NCBI GenBank assembly: GCA_024278985.1
Contig: JAJRSC010000016.1
Coordinates: forward strand, 1 to 58,410
Reading direction: 5' to 3'
Length of the DNA: 58,410 nt
Source of the DNA: an archaeon
GTDB lineage: Archaea; AGJL01; Methanococci; Methanococcales; Methanocaldococcaceae
Shown here: one piece after another, positions 52,896 to 58,410 of the stretch
Layout: every line of letters starts with the position of its first letter
How positions within the stretch are numbered: the stretch's first letter is position 1
Notes under the pieces: model-generated
The model's database searches: none
What the model was told of the DNA's origin: nothing
Seen by the model: only the letters and a program-made list of their open reading frames with translations
Translations under genes and position numbers: made by a program

Positions 52896-53996
52896 ATGTA
52901 TGATTATGCAATAGTTGGTTCTGGTGTTGGAGGGGCAACAGTAGCCAAAGAGTTAAAAGAGCAAAATAAAAATGTTATTGTGTTAGAAAAAGATAGTAAA
53001 GCAAGATATGTTATAGAAGGGTATAATGTAGAGGTTAATTATGCCGTTGGATTAGGTGGTTCTGCTGTCTTTTCAGTGGGAAATGCTGTTAAACTAAAAA
53101 TAAAAGGTTATTCTATTGATAAAGATATCTATAAAGAAATATGGGAAGAATTGAATATAACTATCCCAGAAGATAATTTTTTAAAAGATATTGATAAATA
53201 TTTTTTAGATTTTGGATTTGAAAAAATGCCTAAGTTCATAGATTTTAATAGATGTGATAAATGTGGAAAATGTGCAAGATTTTTATGTAAAGCTAAATGG
53301 TCTCCAATAGATTTTTTAAAAGATATTAATACTATAACAAATTTTCCAGTAAAAAAAATAGAAAAAGATTCTAATGGTTATTTTGTTATTCATAGTGATA
53401 ATAAAAAAATTAAGGCTAAAAATGTTGTTTTATCTGCTGGAGCAATAAATACAGCAAGGTTATTAATGGATAAAGATGAAAGAGTTGGAGAGAAGTTTTT
53501 TGTAGATACCTTTATAACTGTTGGAGGAATTTTAAAAGATAGCTATCTTAATAAAGATGTCCAAATGTTAGTTTATAAAGATTATGATAACTTTATATTA
53601 TCAACTCATTACTCTTCACTTTTGTACAATGAGATTAAAAAATATAATAAAGATGTTAGAGAGAAGGATATAGTTGGATTAATGATAAAAATTAAAGATG
53701 AAAATGTTGGAAAAGTTTTGAAAAATAAAATTATTAAAGATGTTACTAAAAAAGATTTTAAACTCTTAGCAAGAGGGATAGTAAAAGCCACTAAATATTT
53801 ATATAAATTAGGTGTTGAAGAGATTTACTCTACATATCCAAGAGGCTCTCATCCCTCTGGAACATTAAGTTTTGTTAATGATTTTCAAATAGATGATATT
53901 TATATTTGTGATAGTTCTTTATTTAAAGAACCTTTAGGAAAACCACCAATAGTTTCAATTATTGCATTAGCAAAAAAATTTGTTAGAGAGTTATAA
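52896..53996 (+). CDS. GMC-like FAD-dependent oxidoreductase
   Basis: [42 protein letters not shown]. Confidence 0.85.
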   Translation: MYDYAIVGSGVGGATVAKELKEQNKNVIVLEKDSKARYVIEGYNVEVNYAVGLGGSAVFSVGNAVKLKIKGYSIDKDIYKEIWEELNITIPEDNFLKDIDKYFLDFGFEKMPKFIDFNRCDKCGKCARFLCKAKWSPIDFLKDINTITNFPVKKIEKDSNGYFVIHSDNKKIKAKNVVLSAGAINTARLLMDKDERVGEKFFVDTFITVGGILKDSYLNKDVQMLVYKDYDNFILSTHYSSLLYNEIKKYNKDVREKDIVGLMIKIKDENVGKVLKNKIIKDVTKKDFKLLARGIVKATKYLYKLGVEEIYSTYPRGSHPSGTLSFVNDFQIDDIYICDSSLFKEPLGKPPIVSIIALAKKFVREL

Positions 53997-54007
53997 AAGG
54001 TGAAAAT

Positions 54008-55585
54008 TTGTATTGGGCTGATGTAGTTGTAAATAAGTTAATTAAAAATAGAAAAGAAGAGCAATATACAATAGCCACAGGAATAACTCCATCTGGACAT
54101 ATCCATATAGGAAATGCAAGAGAAACATTAACAGCAGATGCTATATATAAGACACTTAAAGAAAGAGGAATAGATGCAAAACTAATATTTATAGCTGACA
54201 CTTTTGATCCCTTAAGAAAGAGATATCCTTTTTTACCTGAGGAATATGAAGAATATGTTTCTCTACCAATAAGTGAAATTCCATGTCCAGAAGGTTGTTG
54301 TAAAAATTATGCTGAGCATTTTTTAAATCCCTATTTGGAAAGTTTGGATGATTTAGGAATAGAGATTGATGTTTATAAAGCAGATTAATTATATAAAAAT
54401 GGAGTTTATGATGAAAAAATAAAAATTGCTTTAGAAAATAGAGATAAAATAAGAGAAATATTAAATAAATTTAGAAAAGAACCTCTACCAGAGGATTGGT
54501 ATCCTTTAAATGTTGTTTGTGAAAATTGTAAGAGTTTAAAAACAAAGGTTTATGATTACAATAATGAGAAAGTTAAATATAAATGTGAAAAATGTGGCTA
54601 TGAAGGGGAAACAAAACCTTTTAAAGGTAAAGCTAAACTTCCATGGAGAGTAGATTGGCCTGCAAGATGGAGTATTTTTAATGTCTCTTTGGAACCTATG
54701 GGAAAAGACCATGCTGCTGCTGGAGGAAGTTATGACACTGGAAAGTTAATAGCCAAAGAAGTTTTTAACTATGAACCACCATTTAAAGTAGTATATGAAT
54801 GGATTCAGTTAAAAATTGGAGATAAAGCTGTTCCAATGTCAAGTTCTAAGGGGGTAGTATTTGCAGTTAAGGATTGGACAGATATAGCTCATCCTGAAAT
54901 ATTAAGATTTTTAATATTAAGAAGTAAGCCATCTAAGCATATTGATTTTGATTTAAAAAAGATTCCTGACTTAGTTGATGAATATGATAGATTAGAGGCA
55001 TTTTATTTTGATAATAAGGATAAGGAGTTAGATGAAGAAGGTAAAGAAAAAATAAGAATTTATGAAATATCCACTCCTAAAATTCCAGATAAAAAGCCAT
55101 TTGTTATTCCATATAGATTTTGCTCAATAATTGGACAATTAGCATATAAAAATAATGATATTGATATGAATAAAGTTTTTGAAATTTTAAAAAGAAACAA
55201 CTATAACATTGAAGAGATAGATGATTTTAGCTTAAGAAAGTTAAAAGATAGGTTAATAATGGCCAGAAATTGGGCATTAAAATATGGAGAAAAATTAATA
55301 ATAATTGATGAAGAAGAGGCTAAAAGACAATATAAAGAGTTAAGTGATAAACAGAAAGAATTTTTAAAAGAACTTTATAAAGGTTTAAAAGAGGTTAATT
55401 TTGATGCTTTAACTATTCATGAGTTAATATATGATGTAGCTAAAAAAATTGGATTATCTCCAAGAGATGCATTTCAGGCATGTTATTTAATTTTGTTAGG
55501 TAAAAAATATGGTCCAAGATTAGGAGCATTTTTGGCATCATTAGGAAAAGAATTTGTATTAAAGAGATTTGGTGAATTAGAATGA
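54008..55585 (+). CDS. lysS: Class I lysyl-tRNA synthetase with an in-frame TAA at 54386-54388
   Basis: [47 protein letters not shown]. The two track ORFs share a frame and the 100 codons between them are open; 526 codons in total. Confidence 0.93.
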
Positions 55586-56331
55586 TTAAAATTTTAGCCA
55601 TGGAAGAACTAAAAGGGAATAATAAGGATATTGTAAAAAAGGAATTTGACAAATTGGTAGAAGAAATTAAAAAAAATTATAATGCTAAAATAAATTTTAT
55701 TGATGAGGAAGAAAATGAATTATATACAATAGTTGGAGAATTTGAAATAAAGTTTAACAATTTTAGGGATTATATTGAATTTTGTTTAAAATATTCTCCT
55801 GATGTTGAGGTTTTAAAGCCCTCAAAATTAACAATTAATAAAGATGAATTAAATGAAACTTTAGCTTTGGTTATATCCACATTTAAAAACTTTGTTGAAA
55901 AATATAAAATAGGATTTAATGTTTTTTTAAAGGAAAAAAAAGAGTTTAACTTAGAAGATTATAAAAAAGGATTGTATGATAAGGAGGAAATTATAGAATT
56001 GGAAGATGAATATATTAGAACAAAGGTAGTTTTTGAAGCAGTAGGAAAAAGTGAAGAAGAGGTTATAAATAACTTATTAACAACATTGGACGATATTGTA
56101 ATAATTAACAAGATTATAACTCAAAATTTTGAAAAAGATAGTTTTAGGGGTTTAGTTGCTATGGATTTGTTTTGTAAGCCATTTGAATTATTTGAAATTG
56201 CATATAAATACATTCCAATAGCTATATCAGTCCAAAAAGATAAAATTACTTTAGAACTTTCAGAAATTCAAGATATAGGAAATGAGTTAAGTGGAGCAAT
56301 ATTTGAGTTATCTCATGCTGTTATCTTTTAA
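55582..56331 (+). CDS. Conserved hypothetical protein with an internal two-domain repeat
   Basis: 249-aa ORF; ATGA overlap with lysS. Confidence 0.75.
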   Translation: MIKILAMEELKGNNKDIVKKEFDKLVEEIKKNYNAKINFIDEEENELYTIVGEFEIKFNNFRDYIEFCLKYSPDVEVLKPSKLTINKDELNETLALVISTFKNFVEKYKIGFNVFLKEKKEFNLEDYKKGLYDKEEIIELEDEYIRTKVVFEAVGKSEEEVINNLLTTLDDIVIINKIITQNFEKDSFRGLVAMDLFCKPFELFEIAYKYIPIAISVQKDKITLELSEIQDIGNELSGAIFELSHAVIF

Positions 56332-57523
56332 GATTATTTATAAGATTATTTATATTTTTAAGAATCTTAAATATCTTTTTTAATGAAATACCTTCCTCAT
56401 ATATGATAAGTCCTATATTAAAAAGTTTTGCTGAAATTTTGAATGATAATATAATAGATATTATCATAATAATCATTGAGATTATTATATCCTCAATAGG
56501 AACATCAGTAATTCCAACTCTAAAAATTATAATCTGTGGAGCAATAAAGGGAATATAAGATAAAATCTTAGCCAATAAAGAATTTGGATTTAATAATAAA
56601 TAGTTCATAAATATCATAGGTATTACTTGGATAAATATTATTGGTGTTATTATCTGCCCAGCATCTTTAGGATTTGAAAATAAAGAAGCAACACCTAAAA
56701 GGATAGAGGTATAAAATAAATATCCTAAGATGAAAAATATAATAAACAATAGTATGTAAGTTAAAGAAATATTAACAATCATTAATATATAAAATATAAA
56801 TATTGCTCCAAATATTCCCCAAACTAACAACTGAATTAAACCTAATATAGCAATGCCAAAAATTTTCCCAATCATTATATCTTCAGAAGAGCAAAAATTT
56901 AATAGCAATTCATATATTCTCTCTTTTTTATCCTCTACAACACTTCCAACAATTAAACCAGATATGGCTGAAAGAGACATATAAATTAAAAACATAAATC
57001 CCATTGGGATTATATAATATATAGGGCTTTCCTTAGTTACTTTTTCCTTGCTAACATAATATATTTCAAAATCTAAATTAGTTATTATATTATATACTTT
57101 TTTATCAACTTTATTCTTTAAAAGATTTTCAATAATTATTTGGTAAATAGCATTTCTGACTATTGGATTTATTACTTTTGATTTAGAATATATATCTATT
57201 TTTCCAATATCTAAAAAGTTTTTAGGAATATATACAAAAAGGTTAATAGAATTATTAAGAACTGCCTTTTTCCCTTCTTCAATAGAAGAATATTTTATAA
57301 ATTTTATAGTTGTGTTATCAATAATATAATATTTTGGGAACTCTATATTATACTCACTAAAATAGCCAACTTCTATATTGTTAGGTTTAGCAATAAAACT
57401 ACTTAAAATACTAAGTCCAATAATTAGTAATGGACCTAAAAAAATAGAAATTAAAAATTGTCTTCTCTTAATATTACCTAAAACTTCTCTTTTAGCAATT
57501 ATTAAAGATTTTTTTAGATTCAT
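56321..57523 (-). CDS. ABC-2 type transporter permease (NatB-like)
   Basis: IAKRE, large extracellular loop, VEDKKERIYELLL, GKIFG, LSYIPF. Confidence 0.88.
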   Translation of the reverse strand: MNLKKSLIIAKREVLGNIKRRQFLISIFLGPLLIIGLSILSSFIAKPNNIEVGYFSEYNIEFPKYYIIDNTTIKFIKYSSIEEGKKAVLNNSINLFVYIPKNFLDIGKIDIYSKSKVINPIVRNAIYQIIIENLLKNKVDKKVYNIITNLDFEIYYVSKEKVTKESPIYYIIPMGFMFLIYMSLSAISGLIVGSVVEDKKERIYELLLNFCSSEDIMIGKIFGIAILGLIQLLVWGIFGAIFIFYILMIVNISLTYILLFIIFFILGYLFYTSILLGVASLFSNPKDAGQIITPIIFIQVIPMIFMNYLLLNPNSLLAKILSYIPFIAPQIIIFRVGITDVPIEDIIISMIIMIISIILSFKISAKLFNIGLIIYEEGISLKKIFKILKNINNLINNLKR

Positions 57524-58410
57524 ATTTTCTCTACTAATTTGTTAGTTATCTCTAAGATTTCTTTAGTTATATTTTTATAGTTACTTAAGTTTCCTAAGGT
57601 TATCTTTCTTCCAGCATGAGATAAGGTATTTCTAATCTCTGTTATTATATTCCAAACTCTTAAAATATCTCTATCTATACCCTTATCTTTTAATACTTCC
57701 AATATAGAAGTTATTTTTTCATAATTTTCATTTTCTGAATTTTCTTTTTTAGAATTTTGGTATCTTAGTGAATTAATAGCATATTCTATAACTCCTCTTG
57801 AACTTTCATAATCTAACCAATTTTTTGAATATTCAGAATTTACTAAATATATTATATAATCAATAATCCACTCTCTAATAGATTGATAAAACTGTGGAAT
57901 TAAACCAATTTCATATTGATACTTACAAATTTCATATAATTTTAGTAATATCTCTTTATTTAATTCTTTGTAAGTATGATTTCTTCTGTTATATAAATTA
58001 GCTACTCAAAATCTTGAAAAGAATATTATATCATCTTTTAAATATTCTATTGGAGGAAGATCTCCACTTAAATTATCTAAAATTTTCTTTTGTCCATTAA
58101 GTTCTTCAGCTTTTATTAATGTCCAGATATTATGGTTATAATAGATAGAATCAGAGAAAGCTTTTAAAGTTCTGAAAAATTTATTTCCAACTAATTCATT
58201 GAAATCATCAGCTTTTCCATATTTTTTTAAATTTTTGGTAGCATAAACCCAATTAGCTAAATCAATAGCTTTAGATAAATCTATAATAGGAGCATAACCT
58301 AATTTTTTTGACATTTCAAAGGCTCCATAATAAACTCCATTTATTTTTATATTCTTAACTTCTTTTAAAAATAGCAATATTAAAAATCCTAAAAATGGCA
58401 AAGACCTAAA
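57520..58410 (-). pseudogene. CARF-HEPN CRISPR ancillary ribonuclease (Csx1/TM1812-like), 5'-truncated by the window edge, with in-frame TGA at 58006-58008
   Basis: FRSLPFL..VYYGAFE..APIIDL (end of CARF). The frame stays open after the TGA (VANLYNRR..QSIREWII..) into HEPN RNTLSH and the stop at 57520. Confidence 0.8.

Noticed and set aside
3384-55652. Short ORFs antisense to or nested in real genes (e.g. 3384, 5546, 20421, 30889, 34512, 43097, 44518, 53983)
   Set aside because: They overlap well-supported genes and show no motifs or RBS.
18200-58008. Alternative genetic code to explain the in-frame stops
   Set aside because: TAA and TGA end many normal genes here, and indels co-occur, which points to errors or isolated mutations.

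Overview
AT-rich archaeal chromosome segment. The gene content (mmp3, gch3, purP, dadD, hpt, class I lysS) and GGTGA-type ribosome-binding sites point to a Methanocaldococcus-like methanogen. The standout is the left 14.6 kb, a cohesin-dockerin (cellulosome-like) surface system built around a corrinoid locus. It comprises a >850-aa cohesin/CARDB scaffoldin missed by the ORF track, a secreted dockerin fused to a TroA/BtuF-class binding protein with no membrane anchor of its own, a cobN-radical SAM-TIM barrel-cbiZ operon, and three membrane-anchored cohesin proteins. The rest is mostly housekeeping genes. It also holds a redox/permease cluster with a duplicated promoter, an unannotated H/ACA guide RNA predicted to target 23S rRNA helix 69, tRNA-Val(GAC), a phoA-small ORF-yibE/F operon with a palindromic operator, an IS4-superfamily relic, an orphan 13-repeat CRISPR array followed by one repeat of a second type, and a CARF-HEPN (Csx1-like) gene with an in-frame TGA. 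Several genes, including essential lysS, carry single in-frame stops or homopolymer frameshifts, so consensus errors are likely. All family calls are by motif recognition; no database searches were run.
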